The notes under the pieces were generated by a model. The model was given only the letters and a program-made list of their open reading frames with translations. It searched no databases and had not been told where the DNA came from. A stretch of DNA of 64,000 bases. Origin: an uncultured Holophagales bacterium. Lineage in GTDB: Bacteria > Acidobacteriota > Thermoanaerobaculia > Multivoradales > UBA5704. Location: contig CAWJGT010000011.1 in NCBI GenBank assembly GCA_963842525.1, forward strand, positions 128,001 through 192,000, read 5' to 3'. How positions within the stretch are numbered: position 1 is the stretch's first letter; the number at the start of each line of letters is the position of its first letter. Shown in pieces: positions 1-10,918 of the stretch. Both the position numbers and the translations under genes were made by a program.

Positions 1-870
1 TTCACCGGCACGATCATGATCGGTGCCGTCTCCCCGACCAGCATCACCCAGAGCCTGAAGACGCTCGACGATGCGGTGACGAACGGGGTCCACGAGGCGC
101 TCGTCCTGATGAGCGCCCGCAACCGCGACGTCTTCGCGGTGGTGGAGCTCATCCCCGAGACGTCGAATGTCGACCTGGCCAACCAGGCGCAGATCAATTT
201 CCGCATCCAGGGCAGCGTCACCGCCGACAGCTTCCGGCAGCTCTCCTCGGGCGGCACCTTTCCGGCGACGCTGACGAGCGTCGGCTTCGTGGGCGTCCTC
301 GAGGAGCACCGCTTCTATGTCCGCAGGACCCTCGCCGGTGCGGAGGTCGCGCCGATCCTGACGCGCGCCCGCGTCCTGCCGAACACCCAGGTGGCGTACG
401 GTCCCCTCGGCGACGCGGCCAATGACGCCAACCTGGAGATCGACCTGGCGGACAACATCCTGGACCTCCAGGTGGCGCTCGGCCTGGACACGATCAACCA
501 CGTGCCGCGCCCGCGGCCGGCCGGCGCTCCGGCCGAGCCGGCCGGGCTGACCTCGATCGATGCCGACCCGATCAACGGTTACATCTCCGAGGCGACCGAC
601 GGCGTGAACGACGACTGGCTGTTCAACAGCACGGTCGACAACCCGGTGAACCCGGTCTGGACCGGGGCGCGCCTCTGCTATGTGCGCCTGAACCTCCTCG
701 CTCGCACCGACCGCCGGGACCCTGGGTACCAGGCGCCCGTCCTCAGCCAGATCGAGGATCGGACCTATGCGGTCAACGACCCCTTGAACCTCGCCCAATC
801 CGCCGGCGGCATAGACCGCATGTTCCGCCGGCGCATCCTGCAGACGATCATCAACGTGAGGAACCTGTGA
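1..870 (+). CDS. PilW-like type IV pilus minor pilin/assembly protein (5' end probably outside window)
   Basis: C-terminal 'LADNILDLQVALGLD...VRLNLLART...RRILQTIINVRNL' is typical of PilW; overlaps the PilX-like gene (GTGA). Confidence 0.7.
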   Translation, partial: FTGTIMIGAVSPTSITQSLKTLDDAVTNGVHEALVLMSARNRDVFAVVELIPETSNVDLANQAQINFRIQGSVTADSFRQLSSGGTFPATLTSVGFVGVLEEHRFYVRRTLAGAEVAPILTRARVLPNTQVAYGPLGDAANDANLEIDLADNILDLQVALGLDTINHVPRPRPAGAPAEPAGLTSIDADPINGYISEATDGVNDDWLFNSTVDNPVNPVWTGARLCYVRLNLLARTDRRDPGYQAPVLSQIEDRTYAVNDPLNLAQSAGGIDRMFRRRILQTIINVRNL

Positions 871-1427
871 TGAGCATGCAACGCGACCCACGGCGTGGAG
901 AGCGGGGGAGCGCCTACGTTGCCGCCCTGCTGGTTCTCGTGGTGCTGTCGATCGTCGGTCTGTCCCTGGTGATGATCACCGAGACGGAGATGCGGATCGG
1001 GTCCAACGAGCGCACGATCAACCGGACGTTCTATGCCGTCGAGTCCGGGCTCGGCGTCGCCGCGGCCAGGGTCCTGACCACCCGCGCCTACAAGCCTTTC
1101 GCCTATATCCAGGACGAGGTGCGGGTGGGCAACCAGCGGGTCGCCGACCTGGTCGACGTCACGCTCATGGTGCCGATCTCCATCGAGCCCTGCGACTGGT
1201 GCCCGCGCAACGACGACGGGGTGCCCAAATTCTACAAGATCAATCACGCGGTGACGGCGAAGGCGCGCCGGGTCAATTGGAACGGCGCCGGCATGCCGCC
1301 CTCGGATGCGGAGGTGTGGGCGCAACGCGAGGTCACCGTGATGTTCGAGTTTCAGCCTTTCGACAGTCCGGGGAAAGAGGCGCCGGACATCTTTGATCCC
1401 GCCCAACTGGCGCAGATCAAGTTCTGA
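867..1427 (+). CDS. PilX-like minor pilin
   Basis: Prepilin-like N-terminus 'RGERGSAYVAALLVLVVLSIVGLSL' and PilX N-terminal motif 'TFYAVESGL'; lies between pilW and pilY1. Confidence 0.75.
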   Translation: MMSMQRDPRRGERGSAYVAALLVLVVLSIVGLSLVMITETEMRIGSNERTINRTFYAVESGLGVAAARVLTTRAYKPFAYIQDEVRVGNQRVADLVDVTLMVPISIEPCDWCPRNDDGVPKFYKINHAVTAKARRVNWNGAGMPPSDAEVWAQREVTVMFEFQPFDSPGKEAPDIFDPAQLAQIKF

Positions 1428-1460
1428 TTCGGATCCGCGAGATCCGTTAGGGAGAGCGCT

Positions 1461-4400
1461 ATGACTTCCGTCCATCCGAGGTCCCGATCCCGCTGTCGCG
1501 CCATGACGGCGCTCCTGGGAGCTGTGCTGCTGCTGACGCTGTCCATTCCGCGTCCGGCCGCGACCGACGACCGCGACCTGCTGCGGGACTCGACGGGCGA
1601 GCCCTATGTGTTCATCGTCCTCGATACCTCCGGCTCGATGAACTGGACCCCCAAGTGTACCCAGGCGCAGCTCGACGCCGGGGACTGCACGACGCTCTGC
1701 CCCACCGGCGACTGCTACGCGCGCCTCCAGGCCGACGACCCTTCGTCGAAGTTCTACCAGGCCAAGGAGGCCCTCTACGAGGTGCTCAAGGACGTCGACG
1801 ACATCCAGTTCGGATTCGCCACCTACAACCAGGACGACCTGACGGCCTGGTCCAAGCACTGGATCTACAAGGCCGGGGCCGGCGGCGTCACGCTGGCCGG
1901 CGGCCGGGTGTTCCCGGCACCCGGGGACGACGACGTCTTCGGCCGGACGTGGAATTGCGACACCGGCGGCGGCGACCACAACATCGGTTGCTACGAAGAC
2001 GACGCCGCCGACCTCAACGACACCTGGGAGCGCACCCGCGTTCAGCGGCTCCCCAAGGGGGGAACCTCCTTCAACCAGGACGTCACCTTCTACGTCGCCT
2101 CCGGAGGCAGCAGGTACAGGGTGCGCTATCGGCCCACCGGATCGAACCTCCCGGGCGCCGCGACGATCCAGGTGAGGGTGCGCGTCGACCGTTGCACCAA
2201 CAGCGATTGCTCCAGCACTTCGAACGTCGGCGAGCCGACGATCACCTACAACCTGGGCTTCACGAACGGTCTGCCGGACGAGTTCCTGTCGTGGGACAAC
2301 GCGGGCAACGCTCCGAACCGCACCTCCACGAATCAGAATCCCACCATCTCCTACTTTCCCCAGGTCGACGGCAGCGGCAACCCGCTCTCCGCCGATCCGA
2401 CCTCGAACAACACCTGCGCCGGTTGGGATCCGAACACCGGGGATCCCAGCGGCGCCAGTCCGACCGGGGCGAGCGATGACGACACGGGCCCCGACACGAC
2501 GCTCCGTTTCCCGGACGGCTCCGCGGACAGCCGGGGCTGGTGGTTCAGGACGGGGGACAGGATTCCCCTGGACTGGCAGGTCGACCACAAGACGGACATC
2601 CTGCGCCGCCTCGCGCCCAACCAGATCGCGGACTCCAGCGCGGCTCCCGACTTCCGGATCGCGCCCTACCTCCGAGACGTCCCGGCCGTCGGCGACTCCT
2701 CTCTGCTCCTCGAGGCCAACAACATCCGTCCGCTGTTCGCCGCGGGCTCGACGCCGCTCGGCTTCTCCGTCAAGTCGTTCCGTACCTGGTACGCCGGCTG
2801 CTCCGCGGGCAACTGCCCCAAGAACACCGGCTGGAAGCACGTCGCGTCGGCCCAGGACCCCGAATGGGGGTGCCGCAAGAAGTACCTGCTCGTGATCACC
2901 GACGGCGACGACACCTGCCCGGGCGCGGATCCGTGCTCCGGCACGGCCGGTCTTCGCGCCCAGGAGGCGATCCAGACCTACGTCGTCGCGTTCGGCGTCG
3001 AGAACACCTCCGGCAACAAGCTCAACTGCATGGCCGCCAACGGCGGCACCGGCGACCCCATCTATCCGCAGAACAAGCAGGACCTGATCAACGCGCTGAC
3101 CAGCATCTTCGCCCAGATCCGTGAGCAGACGAGCTCCTTCGCGTCCGCCGCCGTGCCGACGGTGCAGACCGAGGTCGCGGACAAGGTCTACATCTCCAAC
3201 TTCACCCCGTTGAACGGCGAGCCGACCTGGGATGGGCACGTCGACGCGTTCCTCAAGCCGCTGCCGCTGACGACGGCCGGCCTTCCCGACCGCAGCCGGA
3301 CCTGTCCGGCCGTCGGCTCGGTGGCCAATCCGCGCAGCGCCTGCCATCTCTGGGATGCCGGCACGAGGATCGAGTCGCAGGCGCCGTTGTGGGACGACAT
3401 CGACACCGTCGTCGCGCCGACGCGGTCCGAGCTGAAGCTCGGCACCAACAGCCTCACCAACGAGCGGCGTGTGTTCCACGGCATGGCGCGCAACGGCGCC
3501 ACGGTGCCTACGGACCTGCGCCTGTTCAACCTGCCGGGGAGCGTGCCGGACTGGCAGGACTTCCTGGACGGCTTCAAGCTGCCGCGCTCGACGGCGCCGG
3601 TGGAAGCCGCCTCCAAGCTGCGGGCGTCCGAGATCGTCAGGCGGACCCTCGCGATCAAGAGCTCGACGATCCAGAACGGCACCGCCCCCCCGATCCCGGT
3701 CGACTGGGTGCTGGGAGACACCTTCCACGCCGACCCGACCGTGTTCGATCAACCGGCCGACTTCGGGCGCTTCGCGCAGGACCTGTTCACGAACGGGCAG
3801 CCTTGCGGCGAGGTCAGCGCGACGAAGCTTCCCCGCAACCCCGGGTATCGCTGCTTCTCTCTCAAGCACCAATTGAGGCGCAAAATGATCGCCGTCTCCT
3901 CGAACGACGGCCAGGCCCACTTCTTCGACGCCGGCACCTGGCGGACATCCGACAAGAAGTTTACGGACGGCACCGGACAGGAGCTGTTCTCGTTCATGCC
4001 GCGGAGCGTGCTGCCCATCCTCCGTTACCAGTTCAACCCGGCCGATCCGCACAGCAAGCACGTGTTCGGGCTCGACAGCACACCCCGTATCGACGAAGCC
4101 TTCATCGACCCGCAGAACACCGGGATCGCTGCCACCTCGACCGACCCTCCCAGGGCCGCGGAGCGGGAATGGCGGACCGTGGTGATCGGCGGCCTGCGGG
4201 AAGGGGGCTCTCCGTTCGGGGGCAGCCGTCTCACCGACGTCGTGAGCGGCTACTACGCGCTCGACATCACCCAGCCGGACGTCCTCGACGCGCAGAACAA
4301 GCCGACTCCCGAGCCGTCCTCGTTCTTCAGCGGCACCCTGCCGAGCTGTCTCACCGTGGGCAACACGGCCGTCGCGACGCTGAACGGCTGCGGCCGCCTC

Positions 4401-5657
4401 CCCTTCCCCACGCTCCTCTGGGAGTTCAACGACACGCTCCTGACCTCGCGCCTGGACGAGGACCGCAACGGCAGCGCCGATCTCGGCCAGACCTGGTCGG
4501 TTCCGACCGTAGGCCGGATCCGCATCAAGAACACCGCGGGGACGGTCGAAGACAAGTTCGTCGCCATCTTCGGCGGCGGCATGGACGCCGAGAACAAGTC
4601 GGCGCCGCGCAGCGGCAACTATCTCTACATGGTGGACATCGAGACCGGCCAGGTGATCTACAAGCGGTCGATCACGGGAGCCACGCCCGCCGAGCCGGGG
4701 GTCATCGACAACGACAACGACGGCGTCCTCGACACCATCTACATCGGCACCACAACGGGCTTCGTCTACAAGGTCGATATGAGACAGCCGGCGCCGCTTG
4801 AGGCGGTGACGCTGACCACGAACCAGGGGATCCCCGCCTTCGCGGCCAATCAGACCGTCCTCCGCGTGGTGGACGAGACGGGCAACTCCTGGGCGCCCTT
4901 CCCGGTCTTCGACACCGGCGGCAAGCCGATCTACTTCGCACCCACCGTGGTCTTCGTGTCGAAGCTCGATCGCAACGCTCTCGCCTTCGGCGCCGGCGAC
5001 CGCGAGGACCTGTGGAACCTCTCCGGCCAGGAAGGCCGCTTCTACCTGGTTGTCGACGAGGGCTTCCAGGCTTCCCAGGTGGGATCGAGCCTGCCGCGGA
5101 ACGAGAGCCAGTACACCCAGCTCACACCCACCACCGCGCCGACCTCCAACGACTTCGTCCTTGCGCCGCTGGCCGGCAAGAGCCGCGGTTGGTTCCTGCG
5201 CCTCGAGCCGAACGAGAGGGTGATCACCTCGGCCTTCGCCCTGGGCGGCCTCGTCATCTTCTCGACCTACGAGCCCGACGCCACCTCGGTCACGACTGGG
5301 CCCGGCGGCCCGGTCTGCGGCCGCACCGGGACCAGCCGCGCCTACACCATCCTGGCCGGCAATGCCAATCCGTTGCTGACCGACGACCACCGGTTCCAGG
5401 AGGTGCCCGTCGTCACCTCGCCGCCGACCGTGGACCGGGGACAGACCAAGAACCAGGCCAGCTCGGCTTCGAGCCTTGAGGATCTGACCGCCGAGCAGGT
5501 CGAGATCATGGAGAAGCTCAAAGACCTCTTCCCAAAGGGCACCAAGTTCGGCAACTATTATTGGAACGTCTACTCGATGGGATCGGACACCCGCGTGGTC
5601 GGCATCGCGGCCATCCCGATCGGCATCATGGAGCAGAACTGGAAGGACATCAACTGA
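1461..5657 (+). CDS. pilY1: PilY1/PilC type IV pilus tip adhesin (vWA + beta-propeller)
   Basis: Signal peptide, vWA motifs 'IVLDTSGSM' and 'LLVITDGDD', PilC features 'LGDTFHADP', 'LGQTWSVP', Ca-binding 'DNDNDGVLD', 'GWFLRL'. Confidence 0.85.
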   Translation: MTSVHPRSRSRCRAMTALLGAVLLLTLSIPRPAATDDRDLLRDSTGEPYVFIVLDTSGSMNWTPKCTQAQLDAGDCTTLCPTGDCYARLQADDPSSKFYQAKEALYEVLKDVDDIQFGFATYNQDDLTAWSKHWIYKAGAGGVTLAGGRVFPAPGDDDVFGRTWNCDTGGGDHNIGCYEDDAADLNDTWERTRVQRLPKGGTSFNQDVTFYVASGGSRYRVRYRPTGSNLPGAATIQVRVRVDRCTNSDCSSTSNVGEPTITYNLGFTNGLPDEFLSWDNAGNAPNRTSTNQNPTISYFPQVDGSGNPLSADPTSNNTCAGWDPNTGDPSGASPTGASDDDTGPDTTLRFPDGSADSRGWWFRTGDRIPLDWQVDHKTDILRRLAPNQIADSSAAPDFRIAPYLRDVPAVGDSSLLLEANNIRPLFAAGSTPLGFSVKSFRTWYAGCSAGNCPKNTGWKHVASAQDPEWGCRKKYLLVITDGDDTCPGADPCSGTAGLRAQEAIQTYVVAFGVENTSGNKLNCMAANGGTGDPIYPQNKQDLINALTSIFAQIREQTSSFASAAVPTVQTEVADKVYISNFTPLNGEPTWDGHVDAFLKPLPLTTAGLPDRSRTCPAVGSVANPRSACHLWDAGTRIESQAPLWDDIDTVVAPTRSELKLGTNSLTNERRVFHGMARNGATVPTDLRLFNLPGSVPDWQDFLDGFKLPRSTAPVEAASKLRASEIVRRTLAIKSSTIQNGTAPPIPVDWVLGDTFHADPTVFDQPADFGRFAQDLFTNGQPCGEVSATKLPRNPGYRCFSLKHQLRRKMIAVSSNDGQAHFFDAGTWRTSDKKFTDGTGQELFSFMPRSVLPILRYQFNPADPHSKHVFGLDSTPRIDEAFIDPQNTGIAATSTDPPRAAEREWRTVVIGGLREGGSPFGGSRLTDVVSGYYALDITQPDVLDAQNKPTPEPSSFFSGTLPSCLTVGNTAVATLNGCGRLPFPTLLWEFNDTLLTSRLDEDRNGSADLGQTWSVPTVGRIRIKNTAGTVEDKFVAIFGGGMDAENKSAPRSGNYLYMVDIETGQVIYKRSITGATPAEPGVIDNDNDGVLDTIYIGTTTGFVYKVDMRQPAPLEAVTLTTNQGIPAFAANQTVLRVVDETGNSWAPFPVFDTGGKPIYFAPTVVFVSKLDRNALAFGAGDREDLWNLSGQEGRFYLVVDEGFQASQVGSSLPRNESQYTQLTPTTAPTSNDFVLAPLAGKSRGWFLRLEPNERVITSAFALGGLVIFSTYEPDATSVTTGPGGPVCGRTGTSRAYTILAGNANPLLTDDHRFQEVPVVTSPPTVDRGQTKNQASSASSLEDLTAEQVEIMEKLKDLFPKGTKFGNYYWNVYSMGSDTRVVGIAAIPIGIMEQNWKDIN

Positions 5658-6406
5658 TGACGAAGTCGAAGCAAGCCTCCTCCCGCAGGAGGGCCGCCGT
5701 CTGGACGGCCCTCCTCCTCGCCGCGGTCGCCCTCCCGGCCGGCGCGGACTGGCTGGTCCTGCGGACCGGGGAACGCGCGGAGACCAAGGGGCCCTGGAAG
5801 GTGAAGGGCAAGCTCGTGGTCTTCACCTCGCCCAAGGGGACGCTCGCGAGCCTCCGCCTGGCGGACGTCGACCTCGCGGCGAGCGAGCGCGCCACGGCCG
5901 ATGCCAAGGCGCAGGCCGAGAAGCCGCCGGAGCCTCCACCGCCGCCGCCGCGGAGAGAGTCGGTCCGCACCTTGACGGACGCCGATTTCGCCAGCAAGAC
6001 ACCGCCGCCCAGCCAGGAGGGCGGCGGCACCGGCGAAGCGAAGGACGACGGCAAGAAGGACGAGGAGAAGAAGGACAAGGGCGCGGTGTCGGTGAGCTCT
6101 TGGAACCAGATGAGCCGCACCGAAGGCGACGGTCTCGACCTGGTCGGCGCCTTGCGCAACAACGGCAACCTGCTCGTCTCCGACCTGACCCTGACCGTGA
6201 AGGTCTACGACGACGAAGGGACTTTGTTGAAGACGGTCGACGGGGTCCTCGCCTCGACGACCCTGCCGCCGGACGGCACGACCAGCTTCCGGGTGCCGCT
6301 GCCCGGTGTGTTCACTTTTGCCAGGGCCACGTTCGAGACCCGGAACTCCACGGTGACCATGGATCCGGTTTCGGAGCAGGAAAACGCCGAGGCTCCTCCG
6401 CTGTAA
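5657..6406 (+). CDS. Secreted hypothetical protein, C-terminal FxLYD-like Ig fold
   Basis: ATG overlaps the pilY1 stop; signal peptide; 'GALRNNG...VKVYDDEGTLL...LPPDGTTSF'. Confidence 0.6.
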   Translation: MTKSKQASSRRRAAVWTALLLAAVALPAGADWLVLRTGERAETKGPWKVKGKLVVFTSPKGTLASLRLADVDLAASERATADAKAQAEKPPEPPPPPPRRESVRTLTDADFASKTPPPSQEGGGTGEAKDDGKKDEEKKDKGAVSVSSWNQMSRTEGDGLDLVGALRNNGNLLVSDLTLTVKVYDDEGTLLKTVDGVLASTTLPPDGTTSFRVPLPGVFTFARATFETRNSTVTMDPVSEQENAEAPPL

Positions 6407-6422
6407 GCGGTAAAAGCGGGAG

Positions 6423-7726
6423 TCATTCCCGGTAGCGGGGCACCCCTTCGAGGTCGTGCTCCTTCACCTTGCGCAGCAAGGTGCGGTAGCTCATCCCCAG
6501 GAGCTCGGCGGCTTGGCGCTTGTCACCGCCGGCTTCGGTGAGCGCCTGCCGCAGCCGGTCTCTCTCGCCCGCTCCGGTCAGGGGGCGGAGCAGGGTGCGG
6601 AGGTCGGCGGCCCGCAGGGTCGAGCCGTCGGCCAGGATCACGGCCCGTTCGAGGACGTTCGTCAGCTCGCGCACGTTGCCCGGCCAGGGCTCGCCAGCGA
6701 GCAGCTCGGCGGCATCGTCCTCCAGCCGCGGCGGCTCGGTGCCGTGCCGGCGCGCGATCTCGCCGAGCAGGTGGTGGGCGAGGAGCGGGACGTCGCTCGC
6801 CCGCTCGCGCAACGCCGGCAGCTCGATCGGGAAGACGTTCAAACGGAAATAGAGGTCGGCCCGGAAGCCCCCTTCCCGCACCATGGCGTCGAGGTCGCGG
6901 TTGGTCGCCGCGACCAGCCGCACGTCGGCGCGCATCGTCCGGCCGCCCCCGACCCGCTCGAAGGTGCGCTCCTCCAGCACGCGCAGCACCTTGCCCTGGA
7001 TGCCCGGCGGAGCTCGCCGACCTCGTCGAGCATCAGCGTGCCGCGCTCGGCCACCTCGAAGCGGCCCGGCTGCCGGCGGTCGGCGCCGGTGAAGGCCCCC
7101 TTTTCGTGCCCGAAGAGCTCGTTTTCGAGCAGCGCCTCCGGGATGGCGGCACAGTTCAGGGCCACGAACGGCCCGCTCCGCCGCGGCGACAGGGCATGGA
7201 TCGCCCGCGCGAAGAGCTCCTTGCCCGTGCCGCTCTCGCCGGTCAGCAGCACCGTGCTCTCCATGGGAGCGACCCGCTGCAGCAGACGGATGGCGGCGCG
7301 CAGGCGCGGATGGCGGCCGACCAGGGGCGGCGCTCCGGGAGCGTGGAAGACCGCCGCGTCGTCGGGCTCGCCCACGGCGTGCTCGATCAGGCGGGAGAGG
7401 TCGTCGATGGCGAGAGGCTTTTCCAGGAAGTCGTAGGCGCCGAGCTTCATGGCCTCGACCGCGGAGCCCACGGTGCCGTAGCCGGTGAGGACCACGACGG
7501 GCACCCGCGGCTGCGCCTGCCGGCTCGCCGCCAGGACTTCCAGGCCCGAGACGTCCGGCAGCTTCAGGTCGGTGAGCACGAAGTCGAACGGGTGCTCGCG
7601 GACCAGCCGGATGCCGCCCGCTCCGTCGGCGGCGGACTGGACCTCGTAGCCCTCCTGCCCCAAAGCCCGCTCGAGCATCCGGCGCAGCGAGTCGCGGTCT
7701 TCGACGATCAGGATGCGCGCCCTCAC
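6423..7726 (-). CDS. Sigma54-dependent response regulator (NtrC/PilR family), frameshift near 7005
   Basis: REC domain, 'GESGTGKE', 'GAFTGA' in ORF 6839-7726; 'RLVAATNR', 'WPGNVREL' and Fis-type HTH in ORF 6423-7802. Confidence 0.9.
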
Positions 7727-7778
7727 CCCCCTGGCCCCCCTCTCCCATCCGCACTCCCGCCCTCCGGGAGAGGGGGGA
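7720..7778. repeat. REP-like palindrome, CCCTCACCCC...CTCTCCC...GGGAGAGGG family
   Basis: Near-identical to 62171-62230; related to 59051-59131; internal CTCTCCC/GGGAGAG arms. Confidence 0.75.
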
Positions 7779-9156
7779 ACACGGCCCGGCGGACGGCGGC
7801 AATCAGGAGATCATCGTCCTCGGGGTCCACGGTGCGCAGGTCGAGGATGAGCCGTCCCTGGCGCAAGTAGCCGGCGACCGGAGGACTGCCCCGGTTACCG
7901 CGGCGGAGACGGGCGACGAGGGCGTCGCTGCCGGGCAGGGCGAGCGCCTCGCCCGGGATCGGAGCCTCCGGCGCCGAGCCGCCGCCCACGAAGGCGTCGG
8001 CCGGCACGATCTCGGCGGTCAGCTCCGCGGCGACCCGCGCGAGCCGTTCCCGGTGCGCCTGTGGGTCGGGCCAGAGGCGGTCGAGCGGCAGCGGCGCGCC
8101 CGCCAGGTGCAGGCGGAGCACCCCTTCGAGAGCGGCAAAGGCGGTGCGGTCCGGGCGCAGGGGCCGGTAGAGCGGATGCCGGCGGCAGCGTCCGAGCAGA
8201 TCGCGGCGGCCGAGGATCAATCCGGCCTGGGGTCCGCCCAGCAGCTTGTCGCCGCTGCCGCAGGCGAGGTCGCACCCCTGCTCGATCAGCTCCTGCAGGC
8301 TCGGGTGGTCGGCGAGCTGCGGCGCGGGATGCGGCCGCAGCAGGCCGCTCCCCTCGTCGACCAGCACGGGCACGCCCGCCCGCCGGCCCAGCTCCGCCAG
8401 CTCGCGCGGCGCCACCGAGGCCACGAAGCCGGTGATCCGGAAGTTGCTGGGGAAGACCTTGAGCAGCAGCGCCGTTTCGGGGCGCAGGGCGGCCTCGTAG
8501 TCGGACAGGCGGGTGCGGTTCGTGGCGCCGACCTCGACCAGCCGGGCGCCGGCCGCGGCCATGATCTGGGGGATGCGGAACGAGCCGCCGATCTCGACCA
8601 GCTCGCCGCGCGAGACGATCACCTCCTGCCCCTGGGCCAGGGTGGCCAGGAGCAGCACCAGCGAGGCCGCGTTGTTGTTCACCACCAGGGCCGCCTCGGC
8701 GCCGGTGAGCGCGGTCAGGAGCCGCTCGGCCCGGCGGTTGCGCTCGCCGCGGCGCCCGGTCTCGCGATCGAATTCCAGGTCGCAGTAGGCGTCGAGGAGA
8801 GGCGGCAGGCCCGCGGCCACCGATCGCGGCAGCGGCGCGCGACCCAGGTTGGTGTGCAGGAAGATGCCGGTGGCATTCAGCACGCGGGTGAGGGACTCGC
8901 CGAGCGCGGCCTCGATCTCGGTGGCCACCCAGGCCGGCAGGGAGGCGAGCGCGCGGTCCCGCTCGTCGTCAGACGGTGCCGGATCGCCGGTCAGACGGCC
9001 GCGCAACGCCTCGACGATGCGGCGGGCTTGGACCCTTACCTGCTCTCGTCCGTATAATGGGATGAGTCGGGAAACCGCCGGATCGCTCAGGACCCTGTCG
9101 AGCGAGGGGATGCCGCGTCGGGTGTCTCGGGCGTTGGTGGGCTCGGGGTTTTCCAT
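7723..9156 (-). CDS. selA: L-seryl-tRNA(Sec) selenium transferase
   Basis: '[16 protein letters not shown]', 'VNNNAA', '[15 protein letters not shown]', '[12 protein letters not shown]'. Start could also be 9171. Confidence 0.95.
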   Translation of the reverse strand: MENPEPTNARDTRRGIPSLDRVLSDPAVSRLIPLYGREQVRVQARRIVEALRGRLTGDPAPSDDERDRALASLPAWVATEIEAALGESLTRVLNATGIFLHTNLGRAPLPRSVAAGLPPLLDAYCDLEFDRETGRRGERNRRAERLLTALTGAEAALVVNNNAASLVLLLATLAQGQEVIVSRGELVEIGGSFRIPQIMAAAGARLVEVGATNRTRLSDYEAALRPETALLLKVFPSNFRITGFVASVAPRELAELGRRAGVPVLVDEGSGLLRPHPAPQLADHPSLQELIEQGCDLACGSGDKLLGGPQAGLILGRRDLLGRCRRHPLYRPLRPDRTAFAALEGVLRLHLAGAPLPLDRLWPDPQAHRERLARVAAELTAEIVPADAFVGGGSAPEAPIPGEALALPGSDALVARLRRGNRGSPPVAGYLRQGRLILDLRTVDPEDDDLLIAAVRRAVFPPLPEGGSADGRGGPGG

Positions 9157-9183
9157 CGTAGACGCTGTCATTCTAGGAGATCC

Positions 9184-9861
9184 GTGGACCCCAAGCGAGT
9201 TTCGAGACCCGGCCCCGGCCCGATTCCGCCCCAGAAGCCGGGGAGCCCTGCCCGCGGGCTTGCCGCCCCGGGCCGGCCGTCGCCTGTCCAGCCGGTGCAG
9301 CGCCGCGCGCCCGGCCTCCAGGAGACGCTGGACCAGCTCGCCCAGGAGATCCGCAAGCTCCAGATCGATTTCGAGCGCTTCTTCAACGGCGGCCTCCCCT
9401 TCCCGCCCGAGGACCAGCGGACGCGCATCCAGACCCAGTTCCGCAGCCTGCGGAACCTGAAGATCACCTCCGCGGTCGACAACTTCCGGCTGGGAGACCT
9501 GGAGGCCCGCTTCAACACCTACAACGAGCTCTTCAACCGCCGCCTGCGCGAGCGCGAGGAAGGGAAACACCAGCCCGCCCGTGCGGTGGCCGTCGAGAAG
9601 CGCCGCTACGACCCCATGGCCGGGATCGTGGTCGGCGACCGCCTCGACCCCGAGGCGGTCGAGGCGCTCTACCAGGGCCTGGCGTCCGGTCCCGAGGCCC
9701 CGAAGTTCGACCTCGACAGCTTTCAGACCTATCTCGATCGGCAGGTCGCCGCCCTGCGCGAGAAGACGGGCTGCTCCCAGGTGCAGTTCCGCCTGGCGGC
9801 CGAAGATGGCAAGATCAAGCTCAAGGCACGGCCCCTTGCAGCCCGCGAGGGCAATCAGTAA
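9184..9861 (+). CDS. Hypothetical protein resembling the MXAN_5187 C-terminal domain family
   Basis: 'FERFFNG..PFPP...RFNTYNELFNRRLREREEG' and C-terminal 'VQFRLAAEDGKIKLKARP'; family recognised from memory only. Confidence 0.55.
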   Translation: MDPKRVSRPGPGPIPPQKPGSPARGLAAPGRPSPVQPVQRRAPGLQETLDQLAQEIRKLQIDFERFFNGGLPFPPEDQRTRIQTQFRSLRNLKITSAVDNFRLGDLEARFNTYNELFNRRLREREEGKHQPARAVAVEKRRYDPMAGIVVGDRLDPEAVEALYQGLASGPEAPKFDLDSFQTYLDRQVAALREKTGCSQVQFRLAAEDGKIKLKARPLAAREGNQ

Positions 9862-9871
9862 GAAGGAGATC

Positions 9872-10847
9872 ATGGTGCGTAGACGGACCCTGTGGATCCC
9901 CGCCTTTTCTTTCGTCGCCGCGATCGTCGCGGTGGTTGCCGCGATCGCCGCCGGGCCGCCAAACCTGGGCAAGGCGATCGAAGCTCAGAAGCGCCTGGCG
10001 ACCGAACGGCCCCAGGATGCCGCCGTGTTCAACGACCTCGGCAACCTCCAACTCCTCGCCAACCGGCCCAAGGAGGCCGAGGAGGCCTACCGCAAGGCGG
10101 TGGAGATCGACCCCGCGAAGGTCTCGTCCCTGTTCAACCTCGGCCTCCTGTTGCAGCAGCGCGGCGAGGTGCGGGAGGCGATGCGCCTCTACGACCGGGT
10201 GCTGGAGATCCAGCCCGGGCATGCCTGGGCGCACTACCAGACGGGGACGATCCACGAGCGCCGGGGCAACGAGTCGCGCGCCGTCGAGGAGTATGCCCGG
10301 GCGTTTCGAGCTCGACCCGCAGCTCGCCTTCCCGGAGGTCAATCCGCACATCGTCGAGAACCAGCTCTTGACCGAGGCGATGCTGCGTGCCTATCAGGAG
10401 GGCTACGGGGTGCCCGGGGCGCCCCCCGTCTACGACGAGCCGGGGCGGATCGCCAACCTGCTGGTGCCGCAGCCACAACTGCAGCCCGCGGAGCAACCCC
10501 GCGAGGACGTGGCGGGCCAGCAGGCACCACCCCAGGCGGCGCCGGCGCAACGCCCGGGTCCGCCGGGCGCCACCGTGCTGCGCGAGCAGGACCTGGATCC
10601 GCGCAACATCGGCCAGGCCGCGCCGCGCCGCCCCAGCCAGCCGATCAACCCGAGCCTGAACCCGGGGGGAGCCACGCGCGGCCTGCGGCAGTGGGAGCGG
10701 CCCGACCCCTCGATGCAGCAGATCGTCGACCCGGACCAGCCCCCGGGCCAGGTCATTACGCCGCCGCCCGGCGGGGTGTACTACCGCCCCGGCATCCAGA
10801 GCACCGGCCGCCTGAACGTGCAGGTGGTGCCGGACCGGCAGGGCTGA
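9872..10847 (+). CDS. Secreted TPR protein with Pro/Gln-rich tail, frameshift near 10303
   Basis: RBS AAGGAG then ATG 9872; signal peptide; TPR repeats 'FNDLGN..AEEAYRKAVEIDP..FNLG'; continues in ORF 9936-10847 ('FELDPQLAF'). Confidence 0.75.
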
Positions 10848-10918
10848 TGGCGTCACAGGGTGGGTCTGGAAAATCAGCCCCGCCAGGGGCGACAGGAATC
10901 CGACCGGCAAACACCCTC

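Noticed and set aside
765-5390. 1541-aa - strand ORF and other long antisense ORFs (e.g. 16744-18444, 18638-20224, 34308-36674, 36794-38239)
   Set aside because: Shadow frames of real high-GC genes on the opposite strand; no motifs.
7723-9156. tRNA-Sec, selB or SECIS near selA
   Set aside because: No tRNA cloverleaf or selB motifs recognised; no tRNA or rRNA seen anywhere in the window by eye.
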